Translations under genes and position numbers: made by a program
Source of the DNA: Candidatus Gastranaerophilales bacterium
GTDB lineage: Bacteria > Cyanobacteriota > Vampirovibrionia > Gastranaerophilales > Gastranaerophilaceae
DNA: 64,000 nt
Direction: 5' to 3'
Assembly: GCA_944324475.1 (NCBI GenBank)
Contig: CALUWK010000002.1
Span: 33,387 to 97,386, forward strand
Shown here: positions 47,099-56,506 of the stretch, piece after piece
How positions within the stretch are numbered: the first letter of the stretch is position 1
How the letters are laid out: the number at the start of each line of letters is the position of its first letter
Notes under the pieces: generated by a model
Told to the model about the DNA's origin: nothing
What the model saw: the letters and a program-made list of their open reading frames with translations, nothing else
The model's database searches: none

Positions 47099-48043
47099 TT
47101 GATAGCATGGCTTGTTAAAATGAAAGAGTTTTTTTCTAATGATATAGTCTTATACTTGGAAGAAAAAACAAAGTCAAAATGCGATTTTGTTTCTTTATTT
47201 AACGACATAGAAACAAAATTTAAAAAAAATGAGCTTTGCTATTTATTTAATTTCATCCTAAAAAACAAACACGAAATAGCACTATTAAACGAAACAATTA
47301 GAAGAATCAACAAATTTAAATTCATTGATAATTTAAATTCTTTAATCGATTTTATCTTAATTCAAAATACAAACAATGATTTTTTAAATCTCAAGGTTCT
47401 CGCAATTAAAACAATTTCCGGCTACAAAAATAAAATTGCAGTACAACCACTTTTGTTTTGTTTGAATGATAAAAATTCAAATTACAAAATAAAACTAGCT
47501 TCAGCAGAAGCCTTAGGAAAAATCGGAGACAAAAATGCCTTTGAATCTTTAAAAAACGTTGTAAATAACGAAGAAGAAAAATCAACCTACGTTAAAGAAT
47601 CTGCAATAACAGCTCTTGGCATGCTAAAAGACAGCAGGGCTTTAGATGTTTTTGACTCTATAATTAACACAAAACAAATGTTTTTAGATAAATTTTTATA
47701 TTTAAAAGAGAAAATAATTGAAGCAATTTCAAATTTTGATACCACAAAAGACAAAAAAGCTATTGAAATTTTAAAAAAAGCGCTAAATGATACATCTGCA
47801 AAAATAAGAATTGCAGCCATTGAAACAATAATGAATTCAGACAATCAAGAAAGTTATGAACTTATATATGATTGCTTAAAATATGATTCAGATATTGAAG
47901 TTAAAAAAAATGCATTAACCGCTCTATACAACATTAGCAACAGAAAAATTCTGGATGAAGTTATAAACAATGATTTTGAAAATGAATTAAAAAATTACGC
48001 AAAAAAACTATTAAATATATATGAGGACAATAATGAACAATGA
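47099..48043 (+). CDS. HEAT-repeat (PBS-lyase-type) protein
   Basis: Repeated units such as KLASAEALGKIGDKNAFESL, ESAITALGMLKDSRALDVF, IRIAAIETIMNSDNQES and VKKNALTALYNIS. The start could be TTG 47099 or ATG 47120. Confidence 0.7.
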   Translation: MIAWLVKMKEFFSNDIVLYLEEKTKSKCDFVSLFNDIETKFKKNELCYLFNFILKNKHEIALLNETIRRINKFKFIDNLNSLIDFILIQNTNNDFLNLKVLAIKTISGYKNKIAVQPLLFCLNDKNSNYKIKLASAEALGKIGDKNAFESLKNVVNNEEEKSTYVKESAITALGMLKDSRALDVFDSIINTKQMFLDKFLYLKEKIIEAISNFDTTKDKKAIEILKKALNDTSAKIRIAAIETIMNSDNQESYELIYDCLKYDSDIEVKKNALTALYNISNRKILDEVINNDFENELKNYAKKLLNIYEDNNEQ

Positions 48044-48674
48044 TGCCGTAATGCTACTTTCAGGAGGTCTTGATAGCTTAGTTTCTCTAGATATAGCAAT
48101 TAAAAAACTTAATATTAAATTAGCTCTTATATTCGACTACGGACAATATGCATATTTTGAAGAAAAGCAAGCTGCGATGAATATAGCAAAACACTATAAT
48201 ATTAATCTAAAATTTATAAATTTATCATTCATGAAAGAATTGTGCGATTTTCAAAATAAAAATTTAGATGAATTCGAGTCTGTTTGGATACCAAACAGAA
48301 ATGGTTTATTTCTAAATATCGCAGCTTCATATTGCGATAAATATAACTATAATTGTATAATTTTCGGAGCTAATAAAGAAGAAGGAATACAATTTCCAGA
48401 TAATTCAGAAAAATTTGTTAAAAAATGCAATGAAGTCCTTGAATTATCAACGCTTTGTAAACCAAAAATTTTTGCTCCTTGTTTACAATTTGATAAAATT
48501 CAAATAGTAAATTATGCTATTGATAACAATGTACCTTTAAAATTTTTAAAAAGCTGTTATGATACTTCAAAAAACACCGGCAAAAAACATTGCGGCAAAT
48601 GCATGTCTTGTAAATTGCTCAAAAATGCTATTAAAAAAAGCAAAAAGCCTGAACTTATAGGGGAAATATTTTAA
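48021..48674 (+). CDS. queC: QueC-like PP-loop ATPase (7-cyano-7-deazaguanine synthase family)
   Basis: AVMLLSGGLDSLVS PP-loop, and the C-terminal zinc cluster C-x12-CGKCMSC typical of QueC. Confidence 0.7.
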   Translation: MRTIMNNDAVMLLSGGLDSLVSLDIAIKKLNIKLALIFDYGQYAYFEEKQAAMNIAKHYNINLKFINLSFMKELCDFQNKNLDEFESVWIPNRNGLFLNIAASYCDKYNYNCIIFGANKEEGIQFPDNSEKFVKKCNEVLELSTLCKPKIFAPCLQFDKIQIVNYAIDNNVPLKFLKSCYDTSKNTGKKHCGKCMSCKLLKNAIKKSKKPELIGEIF

Positions 48675-49229
48675 ATGGAAACACTTTTTATCGAAAACGA
48701 AATAAAATATACAGGTAAAGAACTTGCCCCATTGTGGATTTATAAAAATTTTAATATTTTAGGAGATGCAATAGTTGCTTTTGTAGGCGAAGTAGATGTA
48801 AAACTTAATGAAATGGTGGATATTGAAGATGTTATTAACAACGAACCAATTTATTCTAAAAAAATGTTAAATTTTATTATTGAATGTTTTAATTTTACAT
48901 TAGAACAAATGGTTTGGGCTCAAAGACTTTTTGTATCAATTATAAAAGAAACTATTGAAGAATACGGTTTTTTTGTTTTAAGAAAAGGAGATGATTTGTT
49001 TTTTGACAACAGAAAGTTATCGGTCTCTATTGCAACTAAATCGATTAATTCTTGCCTTATACACACTGCATTAAATATAATAAAAGAAGGCGCACCAATA
49101 AAAGCGTCAGATTTAAATGAAATAGGAATTAAGGATTATAAAAAGTTTGCCCTAGAAATTTTATCAAAATTTAAACAAGAAACAGAAAGTATAAAAAAAG
49201 CAACATACAAGGTAAGAGGTTTAGTTTGA
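48675..49229 (+). CDS. hypothetical protein, DUF366-like
   Basis: 184-aa ORF starting 1 nt after the QueC-like stop. GDAIVAFVGEVDV...MVDIEDV...MLNFIIECF resembles what I recall of the DUF366 family. Recognition is from memory only. Confidence 0.4.
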   Translation: METLFIENEIKYTGKELAPLWIYKNFNILGDAIVAFVGEVDVKLNEMVDIEDVINNEPIYSKKMLNFIIECFNFTLEQMVWAQRLFVSIIKETIEEYGFFVLRKGDDLFFDNRKLSVSIATKSINSCLIHTALNIIKEGAPIKASDLNEIGIKDYKKFALEILSKFKQETESIKKATYKVRGLV

Positions 49230-49987
49230 AAATGAATTTTAATACATCAGATTACTTTGCATACAAAAAAAGTAAAATACAATCAGAAATTGAGCAACCA
49301 AAAAAACCAATTTCAAAATTAAATTTTCTTTTTCAACTTTTTATTGCGACATTTATAATTATTTTTATAATTATTGTTGTTTTTATTATGAAGTACTCGG
49401 CAAAAATGGATATAGAATACTCAAAAGGCGATTTGTCTTTGAGAAATCCCGACACGATGGAAAATTTCTCCGGATATGCACCAACTGTAGAAGAAGAACA
49501 ACAAAAAAAAATAGATAAAAGATTAATGTTAATACAACAAGAAGAAAATGCACCCTCAGAAGCAAAAATAATTACAAAAGAAAAAACAATCCCAGAGGTC
49601 ATTGACCCTTCGCACATCGATAAAAGCATTAAAGAAGAAAGCAAAATCGAAAAAAATACAGAAATACAAATCAAAGAACAAAATAAAATATCCGCAGCAA
49701 TAGAAGAACTTGCAACACACAATAAAAAACCACAAGAAGAAACTTTAATTGAAAAAAATGTTATTGTTATGTCAAAAATTTTAATTGGCAGATATTCCAA
49801 TTTTGACGAAGCAAAAAAAATGCAAACAGCAATAAAAAATCAAAATCCTTCGCTTACACCTTTTGTCAGAAAAGTTGGAGATGTATTTAGCGTCCAGATG
49901 GGCTCTTTTCAAGATTTTGATGTAGCTAAAAAACAAGCTCAAAAATTAAAAGCCGAAGGTTTTGATGTATGGATATATCAACAATAA
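49226..49987 (+). CDS. SPOR-domain (septal peptidoglycan-binding) membrane protein
   Basis: N-terminal TM (LFQLFIATFIIIFIIIVVFIM), a charged linker, and a C-terminal SPOR-like fold (ILIGRYSNFDEAKKMQ...VFSVQMGSFQDFDVAKKQAQKLKAEGFDVWIY). Confidence 0.75.
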   Translation: MKMNFNTSDYFAYKKSKIQSEIEQPKKPISKLNFLFQLFIATFIIIFIIIVVFIMKYSAKMDIEYSKGDLSLRNPDTMENFSGYAPTVEEEQQKKIDKRLMLIQQEENAPSEAKIITKEKTIPEVIDPSHIDKSIKEESKIEKNTEIQIKEQNKISAAIEELATHNKKPQEETLIEKNVIVMSKILIGRYSNFDEAKKMQTAIKNQNPSLTPFVRKVGDVFSVQMGSFQDFDVAKKQAQKLKAEGFDVWIYQQ

Positions 49988-49992
49988 AATTT

Positions 49993-50033
49993 AAAATGTC
50001 CTAAAGATTTTTTAATAATCTTTAGGACATTTT
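49993..50033. terminator. long perfect hairpin between convergent genes (bidirectional terminator)
   Basis: 17-bp stem AAAATGTCCTAAAGATT / AATCTTTAGGACATTTT with a 7-nt loop. Confidence 0.75.
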
Positions 50034-50055
50034 AAAAGCAATCTTTATCTAAACT

Positions 50056-50826
50056 TTACATTGCACCTTTTATAAGTTCAATAAAGCTATCAGCTTTTAA
50101 TGACGCACCACCAATTAAACCACCATCGATTTCAGGTTGTGCCATTTGTTCAACTATAGTAGAAGGTTTAACTGATCCACCGTACAAAATTCTAATATTG
50201 TCAGCAACATCAGCACTGTATAAATTTTTAATTACTTTTCTTATTTCACCTATTGTTCTGTTTGCTTCTTTTGCATCACAGGACTTACCTGTTCCAATTG
50301 CCCAAATAGGTTCATAAGCAATAACGCATTTTTTAGCATCTTCTGCCGATATACCCTTAAATGCTTTTGTAATCTGAGATGAAAGATGCTCATCAGTTAT
50401 ACCTTGTTCTCTTTGCTCCAATGTTTCGCCACAACAAATAATAGGTATTAAGCCTTTTTGCAAAATTGCAATTACCTTTTGATTAATGAATTCATCAGTT
50501 TCACCAAACATTTGACGTCTTTCAGAATGACCTACAATAACAAACTTTACTTTAAAATCAGCTAACATATCAAGGGATATTTCGCCAGTATAAGCACCTG
50601 AAGGATTTGGATTTACATTTTGTGCAGCAAGCGACAATTTTGGTTCATTTTTAATTAAATCATAGACTTGCCATAAAGCCGTATAAGTAGGTGCTAAAAC
50701 AACTTCCGGCATTTTTGATGAATCAAGTTGACTAATTCCATACATAATCCCATCTGTTAATTCTTTCGCTTCAGCTTTATTGTTGTTCATTTTCCAGTTG
50801 CCTGCAATAATGGGTCTTCTTGCCAT
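50056..50826 (-). CDS. tpiA: triosephosphate isomerase
   Basis: IAGNWKMN, VIVGHSERR, AYEPIWAIGTG, GGASL. Confidence 0.95.
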   Translation of the reverse strand: MARRPIIAGNWKMNNNKAEAKELTDGIMYGISQLDSSKMPEVVLAPTYTALWQVYDLIKNEPKLSLAAQNVNPNPSGAYTGEISLDMLADFKVKFVIVGHSERRQMFGETDEFINQKVIAILQKGLIPIICCGETLEQREQGITDEHLSSQITKAFKGISAEDAKKCVIAYEPIWAIGTGKSCDAKEANRTIGEIRKVIKNLYSADVADNIRILYGGSVKPSTIVEQMAQPEIDGGLIGGASLKADSFIELIKGAM

Positions 50827-50893
50827 AATAATAACTCCTTATTTAAAAATACTTACAAAAGTAATTTTAGCACAAGAAAACAAAATTAAAAAT

Positions 50894-51718
50894 TTAAACA
50901 ATAGTTTTGTTGAGTCTTTCGTTTCGATTTACAGACAATATATTTCTCAATTTCATAATAGCCTGTGCATGAAGTTGACAAACTCTTGACTCAGAAACAT
51001 TAATTGCTTCGCCAATTTCTTTTAAAGTCATATTTTCATGATAATAAAACACTAATAATGTTCTTTCTCTTTCAGGTAATTTCTTTAATGCCATCTGCAA
51101 CTCTTTTTTTGCATCAACCTTTTCGATTTTATCCTCGGGGCGTTGTGAATTTTCATCTTCAATAGTGTCAATTATTTCAACACTATCTTCACCATTTCCT
51201 TTTTTATCATAAATAGAATTAACTGTAACATCAGACGACATTATTTCAACAATTTTTTGCTCGCTTAATCCCATAACGTCTGCAATTTCTTTAGTAGTAG
51301 GGGGTCTTCCTATTTGTTGTTTTAATCTTTCAGTTGCGATTTTTATTTCTTTTATTTTTCTCCTCAAAGTTCTTGGCAACCAATCAGATGAGCGAATTTT
51401 ATCAATTATAGAACCTCTTATTCTCATAAGTGCATAAGACTCAAATTTTGCACCTTTTGAAGGATGATATTTTTCAATAGCATCTATTAAACCTTCAATT
51501 CCAAAAGAAACTATATCATCAAAAGTAAAACTTGGAGGCAAATTAACCTTAATTCTACCAACAACATATCTAGCAAGATAAATATATTGAACTATCAATT
51601 TATCTCTGACTGTTTTTTTAGTTTTATCTTCCAAATATAATTCCCAAAGCTCAGAAATTTGCTCGTCCGAAAGTCTAGTTATCTTCTTATATGAATCAAT
51701 GTCTGCTGTCTGACTCAT
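50894..51718 (-). CDS. fliA: flagellar/alternative sigma factor, sigma-28 (FliA/SigD/WhiG) family
   Basis: Regions 2 to 4 only. GIEGLIDAIEKYHPSKGAKFESYALMRIRGSIIDKIR, DWLPR, and 4.2 TLKEIGEAINVSESRVCQLHAQAIMKLR. Confidence 0.8.
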   Translation of the reverse strand: MSQTADIDSYKKITRLSDEQISELWELYLEDKTKKTVRDKLIVQYIYLARYVVGRIKVNLPPSFTFDDIVSFGIEGLIDAIEKYHPSKGAKFESYALMRIRGSIIDKIRSSDWLPRTLRRKIKEIKIATERLKQQIGRPPTTKEIADVMGLSEQKIVEIMSSDVTVNSIYDKKGNGEDSVEIIDTIEDENSQRPEDKIEKVDAKKELQMALKKLPERERTLLVFYYHENMTLKEIGEAINVSESRVCQLHAQAIMKLRNILSVNRNERLNKTIV

Positions 51719-51811
51719 CTTTAGCTCTTATAATCCCCAATGTCAAAATATCTATGTTTAATATTCTCTAAAAAGCACACTATAATGTCATCATCTATTT
51801 ACATGATGACA

Positions 51812-52222
51812 TTATTGAGAACTTTGCAAATTTTTATTTATCATTTTTTTTGATTTATCGACGTTTTTCATCTTTTTATTTATGTCATTAATTTCCTTTT
51901 TTAAAGCTTTACAGGTAGCATTAGCCTTAGCCTTTTCATTTAAAGCTTCATTATATTTTGAAGTTAAAACCGCAAGTTCTTGCCTTAGTTCAACTTGAGC
52001 ATCATCAAGATTAACCAGGGCACTATTAAATTTTTCTTCTTTTATAGAAGTCGACCTATATATTGAATTAACATTAGCAGTTGAAGAATTGGTTGTTGTT
52101 GTATTTACGGCAGGAGCAAGTTTAACTTCTGTAGCTTTATCCATAGAATCAAAAACCGTATCCATAGCAAAAACACAACTTGATGCGAGTAAAACAGAAA
52201 ATAAACATATAATTTTTTTCAT
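51812..52222 (-). CDS. secreted coiled-coil hypothetical protein
   Basis: Signal peptide MKKIICLFSVLLASSCVFA, then a heptad-rich basic C-terminal half. Confidence 0.55.
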   Translation of the reverse strand: MKKIICLFSVLLASSCVFAMDTVFDSMDKATEVKLAPAVNTTTTNSSTANVNSIYRSTSIKEEKFNSALVNLDDAQVELRQELAVLTSKYNEALNEKAKANATCKALKKEINDINKKMKNVDKSKKMINKNLQSSQ

Positions 52223-52343
52223 AATAACTCCAAAATAATTCTATTCCTGATTATATTTTAGCCAAGCAAATCTCTATGGTCAAATAAAACTCAAATAATT
52301 ACTCTTTTTATTTGATTTAATATTTTAATGTTATAATTTTCGT

Positions 52344-53189
52344 ATGGAAAATTCATACATACTTGCTTTAATATTATCAACTCTTGCAGGACTTTCTACA
52401 GTTCTAGGAGGATTCGTTACTTTTTTCATAAAAGAAAATTCACTCAAATTTTTATCATTCGGACTGGGTTTATCGGCAGGAGTTATGCTGTTTATATCAC
52501 TTGTTGATTTATATCCTGAATCTTGTGAAATGATTAAAAATCAACTTGGAGAGAGATTTCTTTTTCTTGCTGTTTTATCTTTTGCAGTTGGCATATTAAT
52601 TGCTGTTTTAATTGATTATTTTATTCCGGATCACCTTCAAAATCAAATGTTTACCAAACAACTCGGTGCAAATGAAAAACATGAAGATAGCACGGATTGC
52701 ACAGAAAATGAAAATGCAATTATTTCAATAGGTAAAATTAAAAAAGCAGGTATTTTAACTGCTCTTGTAGTGGCAATTCATAACCTACCTGAAGGACTTG
52801 CAACCTTTTTTCTTACGGCACAAGATGTTATGCTGGGCATAGGTATAGTCATTGCTATAGCCATTCACAATATCCCTGAAGGAATGGCTATTTCAATCCC
52901 TGTATATCAAGCAACGCACTCCAAAAGAAAAGCCTTCTTATATTCTTTTTTATCAGGCATGGCAGAACCTGTTGGAGGTGTAATTGGCTTTATAATAATC
53001 AAAACTTTATTTCCAAATTTATGTGTCGGAATATTATTTTCACTTGTAGCAGGAATCATGACATATATTTCACTCGACACTCTTTTACCTTTATCAAAAG
53101 ACTACGACACAGGACACTACTCGATATCAGGAGTTGTGCTCGGGCTTTTGATTATGGGCATTGCTCTTGTTTTACTTGAAATAAATTAA
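52344..53189 (+). CDS. zupT: ZIP-family divalent metal (zinc) transporter
   Basis: HNLPEGLA and HNIPEGMA signature helices. Eight TM segments, with a histidine/acidic loop. Confidence 0.85.
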   Translation: MENSYILALILSTLAGLSTVLGGFVTFFIKENSLKFLSFGLGLSAGVMLFISLVDLYPESCEMIKNQLGERFLFLAVLSFAVGILIAVLIDYFIPDHLQNQMFTKQLGANEKHEDSTDCTENENAIISIGKIKKAGILTALVVAIHNLPEGLATFFLTAQDVMLGIGIVIAIAIHNIPEGMAISIPVYQATHSKRKAFLYSFLSGMAEPVGGVIGFIIIKTLFPNLCVGILFSLVAGIMTYISLDTLLPLSKDYDTGHYSISGVVLGLLIMGIALVLLEIN

Positions 53190-54592
53190 ACTTTTCTAAT
53201 TAATTTAATAAAAGTATCATAATATGTTTTAAATTTTGTTACGGAATTAATATTTGCTACCATTTTTAAAATATAAGAAGCTCTCAAATAATAATTCCTG
53301 TTCATTTTTTTATTATATTCATATATTTCATCAGAACTCAACGAATATGATTTTACAGTTGGTATAAAATAAGGTTTTTCGTAATTAATCTCGCCAAGTC
53401 TGTTCTTTTTTGCATATTCATAAAATTTAGTACCCAAAAGAGCTGTTGCAGTATAAAAACTTGCGAATTCTGTATTTAATTTTTTTGCAAATCTATATGT
53501 TTTTTCAATGGTTTCCTTTGTTTCCCATGGAAGTCCTATAACATAATAAGCATATACTTGAATACCTGCTTTTTTAATCATTGAAATTGCAGACTCAACT
53601 TGTTGCAAAGTAATATTTTTACCCATTTTATCGAGTAATTCTTGACAACCACTTTCTATCCCAACAGACAATAAACTACAACCTGCTTTTTTCATTAATT
53701 TTAAAGTTTCAAAATCTAAAGTATCCACCCTTGTATTTGCCGAAAATTTAATCTTTAAATTAGAATCAATAATAAGCTTGCATAACCTTTGAACCCAACC
53801 TGTATCAAAATTAAATAAATCCGACCAAAAAATAAAGTTTTTTATATTATATTTTAAAACACATTCTCTAATTTCTTCAACAACAAGCTCTGCTTTTCTA
53901 TATCTAACATGTTTACCGTTCAGAGGTGTTGCCAAACAAAAAAAACAATGATTCGGACACCCCTTAGATACACGAATAATTGTTTGCGCTTCTTTTGTAT
54001 CTGGTCGTACATAAAATGAATTATCAATCAAATCTCTGTCAAGAAAAGGTAAATAATCGAGATTTTCATTCATTCTCCTATCAGGAGTAGATACAATTTT
54101 TTCATCAATTTGATAAGTAATTCCATTTATTTTTTTTAAATCTTCATATTGAATTATTTGATCAAAAGCAGGCTCAATTTCACCTCTTAAAGCAATGTCT
54201 ATTTCAGGATATTGTTGCATTATAGCGTAAGAATTAAAATTAAAAACAGCACCTTTAACTATAACTACAGTATCTTCAAGCAAATCCTTAGCTTGAGTTA
54301 AAATTGATAAATCCTTTTCAAGAGTTGTAGAAGCAACATTCAAAACCAAAAAATCTGGCTTAAAAACTCTTAAATCTCTCATAAAATCATATACAGTTTC
54401 ATTTTTTAAGCTATAATCTTTAAACTTGGTTTCATAACCTCTTTTTTTGGCCAATGCAGACAAGCTCATCATATCAACTGGAGGCAACGGAGGAATAATA
54501 ATTGTCTCCAATGTCGGCTGTTGACACCTATCCTCTCTATTCATAACAACAGAAGGCGGATATATAAAAAATATTTTTTGATTATTCTTCAT
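53186..54592 (-). CDS. B12-binding-domain radical SAM enzyme (class B)
   Basis: N-terminal cobalamin-binding-like Rossmann region, a CPNHCFFC (CX3CX2C) cluster motif, and a GIESG motif. Confidence 0.8.
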   Translation of the reverse strand: MKNNQKIFFIYPPSVVMNREDRCQQPTLETIIIPPLPPVDMMSLSALAKKRGYETKFKDYSLKNETVYDFMRDLRVFKPDFLVLNVASTTLEKDLSILTQAKDLLEDTVVIVKGAVFNFNSYAIMQQYPEIDIALRGEIEPAFDQIIQYEDLKKINGITYQIDEKIVSTPDRRMNENLDYLPFLDRDLIDNSFYVRPDTKEAQTIIRVSKGCPNHCFFCLATPLNGKHVRYRKAELVVEEIRECVLKYNIKNFIFWSDLFNFDTGWVQRLCKLIIDSNLKIKFSANTRVDTLDFETLKLMKKAGCSLLSVGIESGCQELLDKMGKNITLQQVESAISMIKKAGIQVYAYYVIGLPWETKETIEKTYRFAKKLNTEFASFYTATALLGTKFYEYAKKNRLGEINYEKPYFIPTVKSYSLSSDEIYEYNKKMNRNYYLRASYILKMVANINSVTKFKTYYDTFIKLIRKV

Positions 54593-54593
54593 T

Positions 54594-55394
54594 TTAATTC
54601 TTTGATATTCTCATTTTTAAAATTAATTTAATTAAACTGTTAACAAAATCTTGGGAAAAAAATCTGGTCAATTTTGCAATTTTTGCATCAATTCCAATAT
54701 TATAAACGGTCTTAGGGTTTTTTAATTGCACAATTTCAGCAATTTTTTTTGATACATAAATATGATTCATAGCATGCAATGAATTTTTTTGAGCATTTTT
54801 AACAAGAAACTCTTTTTGAGCATCAAATTTCTTGGAGCTCTTATTTAAGACCTCTTTATTAAGTTCTATAGAACTTTCCCAAAATTTTGTTGCAACAGCA
54901 CCCGGACGAATTGAAACTACCTTCCTGTTACTTTCTATAGAATATAAATTTAATAAAATATCACAAGCAGCCTTAGAAATACAATAAGGGCTCAAAAAAG
55001 GAAAAACACCATACCCCGCCATAGAACTAACATTTATCAATCTTCCGTTTTCTTCCAAAAAAGGACAAAAATACTTTATTATTCTTAAAAGACCGAACAA
55101 ATTAACATCTAGTTGTTTTTTTAAATCATTTTCATTCAATTCTTCGATAGCACCAGCAACTGCAATACCGGCGAAATTTATAATTACATCAAATTTTATA
55201 TTAAAAAATTTTTCCTTCAAATGAATAAAATCCATTTCATTTGTTACGTCAAGATAATATTCATGCACTTTTTCATCAATCAAACCAGTCCTTCTTGATG
55301 TTGCATAAATATTAAAATTTTTATTTTTTAGCTCATTAATCGTCTCCAAAGCAAGTTCGGAATTTGAAGCTATTATCAAAATATTCTTATCCAT
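54594..55394 (-). CDS. short-chain dehydrogenase/reductase with a degenerate N-terminal glycine motif
   Basis: NFAGIA (NNAG-like) and the catalytic S...YCISK (YxxxK). The usual TGxxxGxG is replaced by IIASNSELALE. Confidence 0.7.
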   Translation of the reverse strand: MDKNILIIASNSELALETINELKNKNFNIYATSRRTGLIDEKVHEYYLDVTNEMDFIHLKEKFFNIKFDVIINFAGIAVAGAIEELNENDLKKQLDVNLFGLLRIIKYFCPFLEENGRLINVSSMAGYGVFPFLSPYCISKAACDILLNLYSIESNRKVVSIRPGAVATKFWESSIELNKEVLNKSSKKFDAQKEFLVKNAQKNSLHAMNHIYVSKKIAEIVQLKNPKTVYNIGIDAKIAKLTRFFSQDFVNSLIKLILKMRISKN

Positions 55395-55477
55395 AAAACA
55401 TATTTTATTTTAAATAAAAAAAATGTACAACAGTATAAAAACTTTTAAAAAAATAAATTTTATGATAATAATATTAT

Positions 55478-56506
55478 ATGAAAAAAGCATTGGTATCGGG
55501 TTATATCGGTTTCAATAATTTTGGAGATGAGGCAATTTTTTATTCTCTTTCAAGCCATCTTAAAGAATTAGGATTTGAAGTCTCAGTGCTTTGTAACAAT
55601 AAAGAAATTGTACAAAAAAAATATAACGTAGGTACCTATAATTATAAAAATCCGATAGAAATTTTAAAAGCAATTATTCAATGTAACATTTTAATTTCAG
55701 GTGGCGGGAGCCTTCTTCAAAATAAAACCAGCAATTTAAGCTTATTCTACTATCTTTTTATACTACTAACTGCTAAATTATTATTCAAAAAAACTATAAT
55801 TTTTGCTCAAGGAATAGAGCCTATAAACGGAATTTTTCAAACTTATATAACCAAGACTATTATAAAAACGACAAACTTTATTTCAGTTAGAGACAAAAAC
55901 AGCTTCAATTTGTTAAAAAGTTGGAAATTAAAACCAACACTGGTTTCTGATCCTATATATTCGATAGTTGAAAATATTAAAATAAGCAATGAAAAAAAAG
56001 GAATAATGGTTCAATTAAGAAACTTTAAAAACATAAATATTAATTTTTTAGAAGATTTAGCAACTTCAATTAAAAAAAGTGATACAAAAGAAGATATAGG
56101 TGTCTTTTCTTTTCAAGATGAAATAGATGAAGATATATGTAAAAAATTTATTGAAATTCTTAAAAGAAAAAATATAAAAGCAAACTATATTTCAAATAAA
56201 TCAATAGAAAAAACCATAGAAATTGTAAACAAATCAAAATATATGATAACAACAAGGCTTCATGGGGTATTAATATCTCATGCACTAAAAACAAAAACCT
56301 TCGCTCTTGTATATGATAAAAAAGTTGAAACATTTGCAAATGAATTAGATATCGAAACAATAAATGTATATAACTACAATAAAAATGAATTTATAGATAA
56401 AATCAAGATTTTTTTAAATAATGATTATAACAATGCAAAAGACTATAGAAAATTTGACTGGAGTAAAATAGATAAAGTTTTAACAGATAATCGGGGGCAA
56501 AAATGA
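55478..56506 (+). CDS. csaB: polysaccharide pyruvyl transferase (CsaB family)
   Basis: GYIGFNNFGDEAI N-terminal motif, SGGGSLLQ, and RLHGVLIS. Confidence 0.75.
   Translation: MKKALVSGYIGFNNFGDEAIFYSLSSHLKELGFEVSVLCNNKEIVQKKYNVGTYNYKNPIEILKAIIQCNILISGGGSLLQNKTSNLSLFYYLFILLTAKLLFKKTIIFAQGIEPINGIFQTYITKTIIKTTNFISVRDKNSFNLLKSWKLKPTLVSDPIYSIVENIKISNEKKGIMVQLRNFKNININFLEDLATSIKKSDTKEDIGVFSFQDEIDEDICKKFIEILKRKNIKANYISNKSIEKTIEIVNKSKYMITTRLHGVLISHALKTKTFALVYDKKVETFANELDIETINVYNYNKNEFIDKIKIFLNNDYNNAKDYRKFDWSKIDKVLTDNRGQK

Noticed and set aside
52223-52343. Zur/Fur-type box upstream of the ZIP transporter gene
   Set aside because: I found only generic AT-rich sequence and no convincing 7-1-7 or 9-1-9 inverted repeat resembling known Zur/Fur boxes.
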